Below are positions 29,129 through 39,854 of a stretch of DNA of 64,000 bases, one piece after another; positions within the stretch are counted from its first letter, which is position 1, and every line of letters begins with the position of its first letter. The notes beneath the pieces were generated by a model. That model ran no database searches, was not told where the DNA came from, and was given only the letters and a program-made list of their open reading frames with translations. The DNA is from Deltaproteobacteria bacterium (GTDB lineage Bacteria; Desulfobacterota; Dissulfuribacteria; Dissulfuribacterales; QOAL01). Location: NCBI GenBank assembly GCA_015494395.1, contig WGBG01000068.1, forward strand, positions 34,079 to 98,078, read 5' to 3'. Position numbers and translations under genes: made by a program.

Positions 29129-30328
29129 ATGCTCACAGTAGATCTGGAAAAATGTATTGGCTGCGGCGAATGCGAGGATGCGTGTTCGTTTGGCGCCATA
29201 GAGGTTAAGGAAGACAAGGCGGTTGTTGACCTTGATAAATGTACCATGTGCGGTACATGTGTTGATACCTGCCCTGAGGGTGCGCTTGAGCTTGCCAAGC
29301 AGGAGTCTGAAGCCTCAGGGATCAATCCTGATGAGTGGCGCGGTGTATGGGTAACTGCCGAATACAGGTTTGGTCATACAGCGCCTGTGACCTTTGAGCT
29401 GCTTGGCAAGGGCAGGGAGCTTGCCAATGATCTGTCAGTCCCCCTTACTGCGGTACTGATAGGCAGCGGTGTAAGGCAGCATGCTCAGGAGCTTGTTGAG
29501 CGTGGAGCAGACCGTGTGCTTGTGGTTGACCATCCTGAGCTTGAGCAGTTCAGGGATGATGTATTTGCAAGGATTGTCTCCGGTCTTGCCCGCAGGGAAA
29601 AGCCTGAAATCATCCTGGCTGGTGCCACTGCCATGGGACGTTCCTACATTCCCCAGGTTGCCACCATGCTTGAGACAGGGCTTACTGCTGACTGTACCGA
29701 GCTTGAGGTAAGAAAAGAAGACCGTTCCCTGCTTCAGACCAGGCCTGCCTTTGGCGGTAATCTGCTTGCAACCATCGTATGTCCCAACCACAGGCCCCAG
29801 ATGTCAACTGTTCGTCCACACGTTCTTAAGGCACTTGAGCCGGACGCCTCAAGGCAGGGTGAAATAGTAGAAATCACACCCACTGATGAGGAACTCTCAT
29901 CCCGCCTTAAAATAGTGGAATCTGTAATGGAAAAGGCAGAAGGCCCAGGCCTTGCTGATTCAGACATAGTAGTAGCTGCCGGAAGGGGCATGGAGAGTGA
30001 GAAGAATATGGCTCTTATCCACGAGCTTGCCGAGCTCCTTGAGGCAGGGGTAGGTGCATCTCGTGCAGTAACTGATGCCGAGTGGTTGCCGCACAGGACA
30101 CAGATAGGTCAGACAGGTGTCACTGTCTCCCCCAAACTTTATATGGGATTTGGCATAAGCGGTGCCATTCAGCACGTTGTAGGCATCCAGGGGGCAGATA
30201 TGATTGTTGCTGTTAACAAGGACCCGGAAGCCCCCATCTTCGACCTGGCAACCTATGGCATTGTCGGGGATGTGAAGACCATTCTTCCCCTCCTTATTAA
30301 GAAGATAAAGAAGGAACGGGGTGTTTAA
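29129..30328 (+). CDS. etfA: electron transfer flavoprotein alpha subunit with an N-terminal 2x[4Fe-4S] ferredoxin domain
   Basis: 399-aa ORF with two CxxCxxCxxxC(P) motifs in the first 50 residues (CIGCGECEDAC, CTMCGTCVDTCP), followed by a canonical EtfA body (YMGFGISGAIQH). Confidence 0.9.
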   Translation: MLTVDLEKCIGCGECEDACSFGAIEVKEDKAVVDLDKCTMCGTCVDTCPEGALELAKQESEASGINPDEWRGVWVTAEYRFGHTAPVTFELLGKGRELANDLSVPLTAVLIGSGVRQHAQELVERGADRVLVVDHPELEQFRDDVFARIVSGLARREKPEIILAGATAMGRSYIPQVATMLETGLTADCTELEVRKEDRSLLQTRPAFGGNLLATIVCPNHRPQMSTVRPHVLKALEPDASRQGEIVEITPTDEELSSRLKIVESVMEKAEGPGLADSDIVVAAGRGMESEKNMALIHELAELLEAGVGASRAVTDAEWLPHRTQIGQTGVTVSPKLYMGFGISGAIQHVVGIQGADMIVAVNKDPEAPIFDLATYGIVGDVKTILPLLIKKIKKERGV

Positions 30329-30367
30329 GAGGACACTTCTAATTGTGTCCCGTACAGGATTTGAATT

Positions 30368-31117
30368 ATGAAAGTACTTGAAGGAAAAAGGGCACTGGTT
30401 ACAGGCGGTTCCAGGGGCATTGGCGCTGCAATATGCCTTGAGCTTGCCCGCATGGGGGCAGAGGTCTTTATAAATTTTGCTGGAAATACCGAGGCTGCAA
30501 AAAGGGTGTCAGCAGCAATTGAAGCCCAGGGCGGCAGTGCCAGGCTAATGCAGTTTGATGTAGCGGATTCTGCTGCTTCCAGCAAGGCAATCAAGGGTGC
30601 CATAAAGGAACATGGGGCGTTCCACATCCTGGTGAACAACGCAGGTATAACCCTGGACGGCCTTCTTGCCCGCATGAAGGAGGCGGACTGGGACCGTGTT
30701 ATTGAGGTGAACCTTAAAGGTGCATTTAACTGTACCCAGGCAGTTGCAATGGCAATGATGAAGGAGCGCTGGGGCAGGATCATAAACATAAGCTCTGTGG
30801 TTGGTACAATGGGAAATCCCGGTCAGGCAAATTATGCTGCTACCAAGGCAGGGCTTGAGGGCTTTACAAAGTCTGTTGCCAGGGAGATGGCATCAAGGGG
30901 TATTACGGCAAATGCAGTTGCCCCTGGTTTTATTGAAACAGATATGACAGCCGAGCTTCCGGAAAAGATAAAAGAACAGCTTCTTGCCCAGATTCCCGCA
31001 GGACGTATGGGCTCCCCTGAGGATGTTGCCGCTGCAGTGGGCTTTTTGGCCTCGCCTGCAGCCCAGTATATCACAGGTCATGTTCTTCATGTCAATGGCG
31101 GCTTGGTGTGTGACTGA
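30368..31117 (+). CDS. fabG: 3-oxoacyl-ACP reductase FabG
   Basis: 249-aa SDR with TGGSRGIGAAI and the YAATKAG catalytic motif, located next to acpP. Confidence 0.93.
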   Translation: MKVLEGKRALVTGGSRGIGAAICLELARMGAEVFINFAGNTEAAKRVSAAIEAQGGSARLMQFDVADSAASSKAIKGAIKEHGAFHILVNNAGITLDGLLARMKEADWDRVIEVNLKGAFNCTQAVAMAMMKERWGRIINISSVVGTMGNPGQANYAATKAGLEGFTKSVAREMASRGITANAVAPGFIETDMTAELPEKIKEQLLAQIPAGRMGSPEDVAAAVGFLASPAAQYITGHVLHVNGGLVCD

Positions 31118-31153
31118 TAAATCTACATTTATATATGATATAGGAGGAAAACT

Positions 31154-31387
31154 ATGAGTATTCAAGAAAAGATGATTGATATAATTGCAAGCCAGCTCAG
31201 TGTCTCCAAAGACAAGGTAGTGCCCCAGGCATCATTTGTTGATGACCTTGGCGCTGATTCTCTTGACCTGGTTGAGCTTGTAATGGCAATGGAAGAGGAG
31301 TTTGGTGTAGAGATAGCCGACGAAGATGCAGAGAAGATGGCAACTGTCCAGGACGCCATTGATTTCATTAACAGCCACAAGGGCTGA
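31154..31387 (+). CDS. acpP: acyl carrier protein
   Basis: 77-aa ORF with the phosphopantetheine attachment motif DLGADSLD. Confidence 0.95.
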   Translation: MSIQEKMIDIIASQLSVSKDKVVPQASFVDDLGADSLDLVELVMAMEEEFGVEIADEDAEKMATVQDAIDFINSHKG

Positions 31388-31417
31388 TATGCTGGCTGCG
31401 CGCCGGCGCAGGTTCAC

Positions 31418-32677
31418 GTGATGACTGAAAAAAACTGTAATCGCAGAGTAGTGGTTACCGGCCTTGGTCTTCTGTGTCCGGTTGGTATCGGGCTTGAAGA
31501 ATCATGGAAGAATATCGTTGATGGCAAGTCCGGTATAGGACCGGTCACAAAGGTTGACTGTGAGGGGTATCCGTCCCGTATTGCAGGGGAGGTTACAGGG
31601 TTTAACCCTGCTGACTTCATGCCTGAAAAGCTGGTTAAGCGTGTTGATCCGTTTGTTCAGATGGGAATAGCCGCATCCCGCATGGCAATTGAAGATGCCG
31701 GGCTGGATATGTCACAGGTTGATGCCAACCGTGTAGGTGTACACACCGGTTGCGGGCTTGGTGGCCTTGGATCAATAGAATTCTTCAGGGATGTGCTGGT
31801 TAAACGTGGGGCGCGGAGGGTAAGTCCGTTTTTTATTCCCATGGCCATTCCAAATATGGCCTCAGGGCAGATATCAATCATGTTTGGCGCCAAGGGGCCA
31901 AACACAGTTGTCTGCACCGCATGTGCCGCAGGTACCCATGCCACAGGTGATGCCTTCAAGATGATTCAGAGGGGTGTCAGTGATGTGATGATCTGCGGTG
32001 GTACAGAGTCTGTTATCACTCAGCTTGCGCTGGCAGGGTTTTCGTCTCTTAAGGCACTGTCCACCAGAAATGATGAGCCTGAAAGGGCATCCAGGCCCTT
32101 TGACAAGGAGAGGGACGGGTTTGTCATCGGTGAGGGGGCAGGAATCCTGATTCTTGAAGAGCTGGAGCATGCAAAGGCACGGGGGGCAAAGATCAGGGCA
32201 GAGGTGGTAGGTTACGGCCTTACCGGTGATGCCTTTCACATGACTGCCCCGCCATCAGACGGTGAAGGCGGTGTCAGGTGTATGCAGATGGCGCTTGAGG
32301 ATGCAGGTATTAAACCTGAAGATATTGATTACATCAATGCCCACGGTACAAGCACACCGCTTAATGATTCCTGTGAAACAGCAGCTATTAAGACAGTCTT
32401 TGGTGAAAGTGCATACAAGATACCCGTAAGTTCAACCAAGTCCATGACAGGACATCTTCTTGGCGGGGCTGGAGGCGTAGAGGCGGTATTTTGCGTAAAG
32501 GCAATTGAAGATGGTATTGTGCCTCCAACTATAAATTACGAAAATCCTGATGAAGAGTGCGACCTTGATTATGTCCCCAACGAGTCAAGGAAGATGGACC
32601 TTAACTATGTAATGTCCAACTCCTTCGGGTTTGGCGGGACCAATGCGGTGTTAATTTTCAAGAAGTTTTCAGACTGA
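31418..32677 (+). CDS. fabF: 3-oxoacyl-ACP synthase II (FabF)
   Basis: 419-aa ORF with active-site [14 protein letters not shown] and [11 protein letters not shown] 31418 and ATG 31421 are both possible starts. Confidence 0.93.
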   Translation: MMTEKNCNRRVVVTGLGLLCPVGIGLEESWKNIVDGKSGIGPVTKVDCEGYPSRIAGEVTGFNPADFMPEKLVKRVDPFVQMGIAASRMAIEDAGLDMSQVDANRVGVHTGCGLGGLGSIEFFRDVLVKRGARRVSPFFIPMAIPNMASGQISIMFGAKGPNTVVCTACAAGTHATGDAFKMIQRGVSDVMICGGTESVITQLALAGFSSLKALSTRNDEPERASRPFDKERDGFVIGEGAGILILEELEHAKARGAKIRAEVVGYGLTGDAFHMTAPPSDGEGGVRCMQMALEDAGIKPEDIDYINAHGTSTPLNDSCETAAIKTVFGESAYKIPVSSTKSMTGHLLGGAGGVEAVFCVKAIEDGIVPPTINYENPDEECDLDYVPNESRKMDLNYVMSNSFGFGGTNAVLIFKKFSD

Positions 32678-32692
32678 TTCATAGGTTTATTA

Positions 32693-33130
32693 ATGAAAAT
32701 AGCCATAGGTGCGGATCACGGCGGATTCGAGCTGAAAGAACTTGTCGTTGCGCTTCTTAGAGAAGAAGGCCACGAAGTTTTGGACAAGGGTTGTTTTTCC
32801 TCTGATTCCGTTGACTATCCTGAATATGCAGAGAAGGTCTGCTCCAGTATACTGGATGGAGAGGCGGAGCGAGGCATCCTTATTTGCGGAACCGGTATTG
32901 GCATGTCCCTGGCTGCCAATAGGCATCATGGAATCCGTGCAGCGTTGTGTCATGAAATATTTACCGCCGAGATGAGCCGCCGTCATAATGATTCAAATAT
33001 ACTGTGCATGGGTGGAAGAGTAATTGGATCAGCACTTGCCTTTGAGATGGTGAAGACGTGGCTTGCTACTCCATTTGACGGTGGAAGGCACAGCAGGCGT
33101 ATCTCCATGTTTGATAAGGGCTTTGAGTAA
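32693..33130 (+). CDS. rpiB: ribose-5-phosphate isomerase B
   Basis: 145-aa ORF beginning MKIAIGADHGGFELKE, with the CGTGIG motif. The last codon and the stop codon are contributed by MITE-1 copy 5. Confidence 0.9.
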   Translation: MKIAIGADHGGFELKELVVALLREEGHEVLDKGCFSSDSVDYPEYAEKVCSSILDGEAERGILICGTGIGMSLAANRHHGIRAALCHEIFTAEMSRRHNDSNILCMGGRVIGSALAFEMVKTWLATPFDGGRHSRRISMFDKGFE

Positions 33131-33363
33131 CTGTTCAGCACGTTTAATGATGATGTTATGTTGATGAAGGGGTGATAAATGGTCTTGTTTTTCCGTTCCG
33201 GAGAATAATTTTTTGTTTTTCTAAGGCTCGCTTAAGCCAAAATCGCGAAACTCGCTCGTACCTCGCTCAGACAGACGCGATTTTTATGGTTACGCTTCGC
33301 CAAGAAAAACTACGAAATTATTCAGAGTCCCTCCAAAACAAGACCATTTATCACCCTGGATAC
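33127..33363 (+). mobile_element. MITE family 1, copy 5 (237 bp)
   Basis: Perfect 8-bp TSD GGCTTTGA at 33119-33126 and 33364-33371. The element terminus GTAACTG supplies the rpiB TAA. Confidence 0.92.
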
Positions 33364-33448
33364 GGCTTTGATAAATAATGGACAGAATGCCTCCACTTGA
33401 GCATTTGCCGGTGTTCAGGCAGCATGAAGTTTTTTCTGGAGAAAAAAG

Positions 33449-34732
33449 ATGTTAGAGCTTTGCCGTACTGACCCTGAAGTATTCAGGGCGCTTAGGGCGG
33501 AAATAACCAGGCAGACTGACCAGCTTGAGATGATAGCCTCTGAAAATTTTGTCAGTGAGGCTGTGATCCAGGCCGAGGGCAGTGTGTTTATGAACAAGTA
33601 TGCGGAAGGTTATCCTGATCACCGTTATTATGGCGGCTGTGAGAACATGGATGTTGTGGAGCAGCTTGCCATTGACAGGCTCAACATGCTCTTTGGCTCT
33701 GAGTATGCCAATGTTCAGCCCCACTCAGGCAGCCAGGCAAACATGGCTGTCTATTTTGGCGCCCTTAATCCCGGTGATACCATTCTTTCCATGAGCCTTG
33801 CCCACGGTGGACACCTTTCACACGGGGCATCGGTAAGTTTTTCAGGCCGTCTGTTCAATGTGGTCAGTTACGGAGTCAACAGGGATACCGAGACCATTGA
33901 TTTTGAGGAAGTGGGAAGGCTTGCACGGGAGCATCGTCCACGCCTTATTGTGGCAGGCGCTAGCGCATATCCCCGCACCCTAGAGTTTGACATGTTTCGG
34001 ATGATTGCCGATGAAGTGGGGGCATATCTTATGGTTGATATGGCTCACATCGCAGGCCTTGTGGCAGCAGGTATCCATCCTTCTCCAGTACCCTTTGCGG
34101 AGTTTGTGACATCAACTACCCACAAGACCCTGCGGGGGCCCAGGGGCGGATTCATCCTTGCCAAGGAGCAGTTTGGACGTCTGATGAACAGCCAGATCTT
34201 TCCTGGTATCCAGGGGGGGCCGCTTATGCATGTGATTGCAGCAAAGGCAGTTGCATTTCAGGAGGCCCTTGGTGACGAGTACAAGACATACACCCAGCAG
34301 ATAGTTGCCAATGCCCAGAAGGTGGCGCAGGTGCTTAATGATCGCGGTTTCAGGCTGGTTTCAGGCGGCACAGATAATCACCTTGTGCTGGTGGATGTAT
34401 CAAAGAAGGGGCTTACGGGTGCAGAGGCAGAGGCGAGGCTTGAAAAGGCTGGCATTACTGTCAACAAGAATTCCATTCCCTTTGATGAAAAACCGCCAAG
34501 GGTTACCAGCGGCATAAGGATAGGCACCCCTGCAGTGACCACAAGGGGGCTTGGAGTTGAAGACATGGAGGAGGTTGCAAACTATATTGCCGACATCCTC
34601 TCAACAGACGCCCCGGACTCTGTAATCCGTTCGGTAAGGACAAAGGTCCTTGAGATATGCAAGCGTTACCCCCTCTATGCCAAGAGGCTTAAACGCTACG
34701 ACGATGCCCTGGCACAGGGGTGTGACGCATAA
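33449..34732 (+). CDS. glyA: serine hydroxymethyltransferase
   Basis: 427-aa ORF with the [15 protein letters not shown]-lysine block. Confidence 0.95.
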   Translation: MLELCRTDPEVFRALRAEITRQTDQLEMIASENFVSEAVIQAEGSVFMNKYAEGYPDHRYYGGCENMDVVEQLAIDRLNMLFGSEYANVQPHSGSQANMAVYFGALNPGDTILSMSLAHGGHLSHGASVSFSGRLFNVVSYGVNRDTETIDFEEVGRLAREHRPRLIVAGASAYPRTLEFDMFRMIADEVGAYLMVDMAHIAGLVAAGIHPSPVPFAEFVTSTTHKTLRGPRGGFILAKEQFGRLMNSQIFPGIQGGPLMHVIAAKAVAFQEALGDEYKTYTQQIVANAQKVAQVLNDRGFRLVSGGTDNHLVLVDVSKKGLTGAEAEARLEKAGITVNKNSIPFDEKPPRVTSGIRIGTPAVTTRGLGVEDMEEVANYIADILSTDAPDSVIRSVRTKVLEICKRYPLYAKRLKRYDDALAQGCDA

Positions 34733-34735
34733 GAT

Positions 34736-35209
34736 ATGCTTGCAAACACCGGTTCTGGTTCAAGACCCTCATGGCATGACTACTTCATGTCAATAACCAG
34801 ACTGGTGTCCGAACGCTCTACATGCCTCAGGCGCCGGGTTGGTGCGATCCTTGTGCTTGAGAAGAGAATCCTTGCCACTGGCTATAATGGCGCTCCTGAA
34901 GGGCTTCAGCACTGTCTTGATATTGGCTGTCTCAGGGAACGTCTTAAAATTCCGTCAGGCCAGCGTCATGAGCTTTGTCGGGCCCTTCATGCAGAGCAGA
35001 ATGTCCTGATCCAGGCCGCGCGCTACGGAATTGCCGTTGCCGGTGCAGAACTCTACTGTACCAACCTTCCATGTATTATCTGCACCAAGATGCTTATCAA
35101 TGCCGGTGTTACCACCATCTACTACAGTGAGGGATATGCTGACGAAATGTCAATGGAGATGCTGGAGGAAGCGGGTATGAAGCTGGTGCAGGTTGATATG
35201 CCGGAATAG
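34736..35209 (+). CDS. dCMP deaminase (ComEB-type cytidine/deoxycytidylate deaminase)
   Basis: 157-aa ORF with the zinc motifs HAEQN and PCIICTKM. Confidence 0.85.
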   Translation: MLANTGSGSRPSWHDYFMSITRLVSERSTCLRRRVGAILVLEKRILATGYNGAPEGLQHCLDIGCLRERLKIPSGQRHELCRALHAEQNVLIQAARYGIAVAGAELYCTNLPCIICTKMLINAGVTTIYYSEGYADEMSMEMLEEAGMKLVQVDMPE

Positions 35210-35281
35210 TTTCCATCCTGCGTAAAATCCCCTCCTTCTTTCCCTTTTCATTCTCTTCTCTTTCTATTATCTTGCCATCTT

Positions 35282-35761
35282 ATGAAATGTCCATTCTGTA
35301 ATTTTGAACAAAGCAAGGTGGTTGACTCGCGTCCCAGCCGTGACGGCAGGGCTATTCGCCGTAGAAGGGAATGTCTGTCCTGTTCAGAGCGCTTTACAAC
35401 TTACGAGCGTATTGAAGAGTTTCAGCCTGTAGTGGTAAAGAAGGACGGCAGAAGGGATGCCTTTGACAGGCGCAAGCTCATTGACGGGATTCTCAAGGCG
35501 TGTGAAAAACGTCCTGTCAAAATGGACGATATTGAAAGCTTTGTCTCCAGCATGGAAAAGGAGATACAGGAAAAGGGAGAGGTTGAAATCCCCAGCAGTT
35601 TCATTGGTGAGCGTGTAATGGCGCAGCTAAGGGAGTGGGATGATGTTGCTTATGTCCGTTTTGCCTCTGTTTACAAGCAGTTCAAGGATCTGAACGAATT
35701 TATGGCACAGCTTCAGGAGCTTTTGGGAAGTGCCTCCAACATGGACAGTAAAGATACCTGA
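35282..35761 (+). CDS. nrdR: transcriptional repressor NrdR
   Basis: 159-aa ORF with the zinc ribbon MKCPFC...CLSC and an ATP-cone domain. Confidence 0.93.
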   Translation: MKCPFCNFEQSKVVDSRPSRDGRAIRRRRECLSCSERFTTYERIEEFQPVVVKKDGRRDAFDRRKLIDGILKACEKRPVKMDDIESFVSSMEKEIQEKGEVEIPSSFIGERVMAQLREWDDVAYVRFASVYKQFKDLNEFMAQLQELLGSASNMDSKDT

Positions 35762-35800
35762 CGGGATGACAGCACGGGATGAGAAGACAGGCGGTTAAAG

Positions 35801-36952
35801 GTGATGGCTGATTTTACTGAAGCAGATTTCACCTTTATGAATCAGGCCATTGAGCTTGCCCGGCTGGGGCTTGGGCGTACCACTCCCAATCCTGCGGTGG
35901 GTGCTGTGGTGGTCAGGGATGGCAAAATCGTGGGCCGCGGCTGGCACAGGAAAGCAGGAACCCCACATGCAGAGGTTCATGCCCTTAATGATGCAGGAGA
36001 TGCTGCAAAAGGTGCCACCATCTATGTCACACTTGAGCCCTGCAATCACACCGGCAGGACACCACCCTGCACCAGGGCAGTGCTTGAGGCAGGGATCAGC
36101 CGGGTTGTTATAGGCACCCTCGATCCCAATCCATCGGTGGCAGGCGGGGGAATGGAGTTTTTACGCTCCCGGGGGCTTGAGGTTTCTGAAGGTTGCATGC
36201 GCCATGAGTGCAGGCTTCTTATTGCACCATTTGCCAAACACATAAAAACAGGCTTGCCCTGGGTCAGGATGAAGGTCGCCTGCAGTATGGATGGCAGGAC
36301 TGCAACCCGTACAGGCCATTCCCAGTGGATTACCAACAGTGCTGCAAGGATGAGGGGGCATGAGCTCAGGCGCATAAGTGATGCAATACTGGTTGGAAGT
36401 GGTACGGTCAAGGCAGACAATCCAGGCCTTACATGCAGGCATGAAAGTGCCCGTGAAGATGGCACAGATGATCCGGTCAGGGTGGTTCTTGACAGCACTC
36501 TTTCAACTGCTCCTGGATCAACAGTGTATAACCTTGATTCTCCTGCTATGACCCTGGTGGTTGCAGCAGAGGGCAGGGCAGCGGCAGACAGAATAAGGGA
36601 GTTTGAAAACACAAAGGCCCGGCTGCTTCTTCTTCCTCCTGATGATACTGGCAGGATAGGACTTCAGGGTCTCCTTGAAGAGCTTGGGAAAATGGGAATA
36701 CAGTCTGTAATGGTGGAGGGAGGTGCAACTGTTCATGGTGCCTTTCTTGATGCCGGGTTTGTGGATGAGACCTTTTTTTTCTATGCACCCCTTATAATTG
36801 GAGGCATTGAGGCAAGGCCAGCAGTTTCCGGCAAAGGGACTGACCTGCTTGATAATGCATTGAGGCTGTCGTCCTGCAGCCATGAGATGCTTGATGATAA
36901 CTGGTTGGTTGCCGGGGTTTGCGGCAGGCGGCTTGATGAGCTTTTTGAGTAA
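35801..36952 (+). CDS. ribD: bifunctional riboflavin biosynthesis deaminase/reductase RibD
   Basis: 383-aa ORF with HAEVHAL, PCNHTGRTPPC and a C-terminal reductase domain. Confidence 0.93.
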   Translation: MMADFTEADFTFMNQAIELARLGLGRTTPNPAVGAVVVRDGKIVGRGWHRKAGTPHAEVHALNDAGDAAKGATIYVTLEPCNHTGRTPPCTRAVLEAGISRVVIGTLDPNPSVAGGGMEFLRSRGLEVSEGCMRHECRLLIAPFAKHIKTGLPWVRMKVACSMDGRTATRTGHSQWITNSAARMRGHELRRISDAILVGSGTVKADNPGLTCRHESAREDGTDDPVRVVLDSTLSTAPGSTVYNLDSPAMTLVVAAEGRAAADRIREFENTKARLLLLPPDDTGRIGLQGLLEELGKMGIQSVMVEGGATVHGAFLDAGFVDETFFFYAPLIIGGIEARPAVSGKGTDLLDNALRLSSCSHEMLDDNWLVAGVCGRRLDELFE

Positions 36953-36961
36953 CTTGTTGTA

Positions 36962-37618
36962 ATGTTTACAGGGATTGTACAGGGATTAGGCACGGTAAAA
37001 TCTGTAAAGAAGATGGCAGAGGGCTCTGTTCTTGTCATAGCACCGGATTTTGTCCTGGAACACCCTGAAGAGGGTGAAAGTATTGCGGTAAATGGTGTAT
37101 GTCTTACGGCAACAACCATTTCCGGTGATTTTTTTACAGCAGATGTCTCCCCTGAGACACTTTCAAGAAGCACCCTTGGAGAGCTTGGGCCTGGCAGCAG
37201 GGTAAACCTTGAGCGGGCGCTTCGCCTGTCTGACCGGTTGGGCGGGCATATTGTAAGTGGTCATATTGATTGTACCGGGCAGGTGCTTGAGCGAAAGGAG
37301 CTCCGCCAGTTCACCCTGTTCAGGTTTCGCATTGATGCAAAGTATGACAGATATCTCATAGAAAAGGGCTCTGTCACCATTGACGGAATAAGCCTTACAG
37401 TCAACTCGTGTACAAGCGGGGAGTTTTCAGTTGCCATCATACCCCATACACTTTCTATCACCACCCTTGGGTTCAGGAAGGTTGGTGACAGGGTAAATAT
37501 TGAGGTTGATGTTATTGGGAAGTATGTTGAGAAGCTGTTGCAAGGGGGCACTGATGTCAGAGCTGCAGGTGAAGGCAGTCTTGATGCTGAATTTTTGGCA
37601 AAGCACGGATTTATATAA
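36962..37618 (+). CDS. ribE: riboflavin synthase (alpha chain)
   Basis: 218-aa ORF beginning MFTGIVQGLG, with duplicated lumazine-binding repeats. Confidence 0.92.
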   Translation: MFTGIVQGLGTVKSVKKMAEGSVLVIAPDFVLEHPEEGESIAVNGVCLTATTISGDFFTADVSPETLSRSTLGELGPGSRVNLERALRLSDRLGGHIVSGHIDCTGQVLERKELRQFTLFRFRIDAKYDRYLIEKGSVTIDGISLTVNSCTSGEFSVAIIPHTLSITTLGFRKVGDRVNIEVDVIGKYVEKLLQGGTDVRAAGEGSLDAEFLAKHGFI

Positions 37619-37625
37619 ATGTAGA

Positions 37626-37845
37626 GTATCTATCGTGGTAAATGGTCTTGTTTTGGAATGACTTTGAACAATTTCGTAGTTTTTCTTGGCGAAGCGCAGC
37701 CATAAAATCGCGTCTGTCTGAGTGAGGCACGAGCGAGTTTCGAGATTTTGGCGGAGCAAGCCTTAGAAAAACAAGAAATTGTTCTCCTGAACGGACAAAC
37801 AAGACCATTTACCAACCTCATTCAATAAATGCACTGAACAGTTAC
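37626..37845 (-). mobile_element. MITE family 1, copy 6 (220 bp)
   Basis: Inverted orientation. TSD AATGTAGA (37618-37625) / AATGTGGA (37846-37853) matches 7/8. It lies inside the rib operon, between ribE and ribBA. Confidence 0.9.
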
Positions 37846-37884
37846 AATGTGGAGATACAAACTTTAAGGAGTTTTTTTAATATC

Positions 37885-39096
37885 ATGCCAGTTTCAACAA
37901 TTGAAGAAGCTATTGAAGATATAAAAGCCGGGAAGATGGTCATCCTGGTGGATGATGAAGACCGTGAAAACGAGGGTGACCTTACCATGGCGGCTGAGGC
38001 AGTAACACCTGAGGCAATAAACTTCATGGCCAAGTATGGCCGCGGGCTTATCTGTCTTACACTTACAGGTGAAACCGTTGACAGGCTTGGGCTTCCCATG
38101 ATGGCATCAAAGAATACGTCCCGTTTTGGTACGGCCTTTACTGTCTCCATTGAGGCCCGCCAGGGTGTTACCACAGGAATCTCTGCCCATGACCGGGCAA
38201 CCACTATCCAGACAGTTATGCGCGATGACTGCACTCCGGATGACATTGCAACACCTGGTCACGTGTTCCCGCTCAGGGCAAGGGACGGTGGGGTGCTTGT
38301 AAGGGCTGGTCAGACAGAGGGTTCTGTGGATCTTGCAAGGCTTGCAGGGCTTAAGCCTGCTGGTGTCATCTGCGAGATAATGAAAGATGACGGGACAATG
38401 GCGCGCATGCCTGATCTTGAGGTCTTTGCACAGGAGCATGGCCTTAAGATTGTAACCATTGCAGACCTTATCGAGTACAGGCTGCGGACCGAAACCTTTG
38501 TAAAACGTGAGGTTGAGACAAGACTGCCATCACGTTTTGGAGGGGAGTGGAAACTAATTGCCTACACATCCATTATGGACAAGCAGGAGCATATTGCCCT
38601 GGTAAAGGGTGATGGAGAGATAAAACCTGACGAAGCTGTGCTGGTCAGGGTCCATTCCGAGTGTTTTACCGGGGATGTTCTTGGTTCCCTTCGGTGTGAC
38701 TGTGAATCCCAGCTTCACAGGGCAATGGAACAGATCGGCAAGGAGGGACGTGGAGTGCTTCTCTACATGCGTCAGGAGGGCCGCGGCATCGGGCTTATCA
38801 ACAAGCTCAAGGCATATTGTCTCCAGGATCAGGGCAGGGATACGGTTGAGGCAAACCGGGAGCTGGGATTCAAGGCTGATCTCAGGGACTATGGTACAGG
38901 GGCACAGATTTTGAGGGACCTTGGAGTCAGAAAGATGCGTCTAATGACCAACAATCCCAAAAAGATAGTTGGTCTTGAGGGATATGGCCTTAAGGTGGTT
39001 GAGCGTGTTCCAATTGAGATCCCTCCTCATGAGGAAAATGCACGTTACCTGAGATGCAAGATGGAGAAGATGGGGCATATGCTTCATGTGGACTAG
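37885..39096 (+). CDS. ribBA: bifunctional DHBP synthase / GTP cyclohydrolase II
   Basis: [11 protein letters not shown] (RibB) and CDCESQL (RibA) motifs. ATG 37885 is preferred. The GTG 37849 start in the ORF track lies inside the MITE target-site duplication. Confidence 0.92.
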   Translation: MPVSTIEEAIEDIKAGKMVILVDDEDRENEGDLTMAAEAVTPEAINFMAKYGRGLICLTLTGETVDRLGLPMMASKNTSRFGTAFTVSIEARQGVTTGISAHDRATTIQTVMRDDCTPDDIATPGHVFPLRARDGGVLVRAGQTEGSVDLARLAGLKPAGVICEIMKDDGTMARMPDLEVFAQEHGLKIVTIADLIEYRLRTETFVKREVETRLPSRFGGEWKLIAYTSIMDKQEHIALVKGDGEIKPDEAVLVRVHSECFTGDVLGSLRCDCESQLHRAMEQIGKEGRGVLLYMRQEGRGIGLINKLKAYCLQDQGRDTVEANRELGFKADLRDYGTGAQILRDLGVRKMRLMTNNPKKIVGLEGYGLKVVERVPIEIPPHEENARYLRCKMEKMGHMLHVD

Positions 39097-39150
39097 GTCC
39101 GGGTTTAGAGCAGGTTAGCAGATCAGTTTTTATCAGGAGAGTATAGAGAA

Positions 39151-39615
39151 ATGTATAAAACACTTGAAGGGCATCTCCAGGCAGAGGGGCTCAAAATCGG
39201 AGTTGTTGTTGCAAGGTTCAATGAGTTTATCTCGAGCAAGCTTCTCGGCGGCACTGTTGACGCATTTATACGTCACGGCGGTCGTGAGGAAGACCTTGAG
39301 GTCGCTTGGGTGCCTGGTGCTTTTGAAATCCCGCTTGTGGCAAAAAAGATGGCAAAATCCGGTCGTTATGACGCTGTTGTGTGTCTTGGCTGTATAATTC
39401 GCGGTGCCACTCCACACTTTGATTACGTTGCTGCAGAGTCATCAAAGGGCATTGCCCAGGTAGCAATGAAGGCAGATTGCCCGGTGGCATTTGGAGTGCT
39501 TACCACCGAGACCATTGAGCAGGCTGTTGAGCGGGCCGGTACCAAGGCCGGTAACAAGGGTTGGGATGCGGCGCTTGCAGCCATTGAGATGGTAAACCTG
39601 CTCAGGCAGTTCTAA
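39151..39615 (+). CDS. ribH: 6,7-dimethyl-8-ribityllumazine synthase
   Basis: 154-aa ORF with family-typical blocks ([32 protein letters not shown]). Confidence 0.95.
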   Translation: MYKTLEGHLQAEGLKIGVVVARFNEFISSKLLGGTVDAFIRHGGREEDLEVAWVPGAFEIPLVAKKMAKSGRYDAVVCLGCIIRGATPHFDYVAAESSKGIAQVAMKADCPVAFGVLTTETIEQAVERAGTKAGNKGWDAALAAIEMVNLLRQF

Positions 39616-39823
39616 CCTAGATTGAGCGTTTCAAAATCTGAAAAAATGTTTTTTCAATGAAATTAAAAGGAGTTATGTCGATTATGGCTTTCCAGTTTTG
39701 AAACCCTTCGGGATTGCCGTATTTACTGCATCTTCTTTGTCAGAGGAATCCCCATATAGCCGACTATTATGGGAATTCCTCTTTCGCGGATCTGCAGCAA
39801 ATCCGACAATCGCTCAATCTAGG
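39616..39823 (+). mobile_element. MITE family 2, copy C (208 bp)
   Basis: CCTAGATTGAGCG...CGCTCAATCTAGG with a perfect 5-bp TSD TCTAA at 39611-39615 and 39824-39828. The upstream TSD copy contains the ribH stop codon. Confidence 0.93.
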
Positions 39824-39854
39824 TCTAAACGGGGAAGCTGGACAAAAGACATTT

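Noticed and set aside
35762-35800. An FMN riboswitch (RFN element) expected near a rib operon.
   Set aside because: The nrdR-ribD gap is only 39 nt. The ribE-ribBA and ribH-nusB gaps are filled by MITEs. I could not recognise RFN core sequence anywhere in 35200-39150.
39714-39854. The N-terminal 47-codon extension of nusB given by the ORF track.
   Set aside because: The extension is translated from MITE-2 copy C. The canonical NusB N-terminus (MGARSRAREIALQILFQ) begins at ATG 39855.
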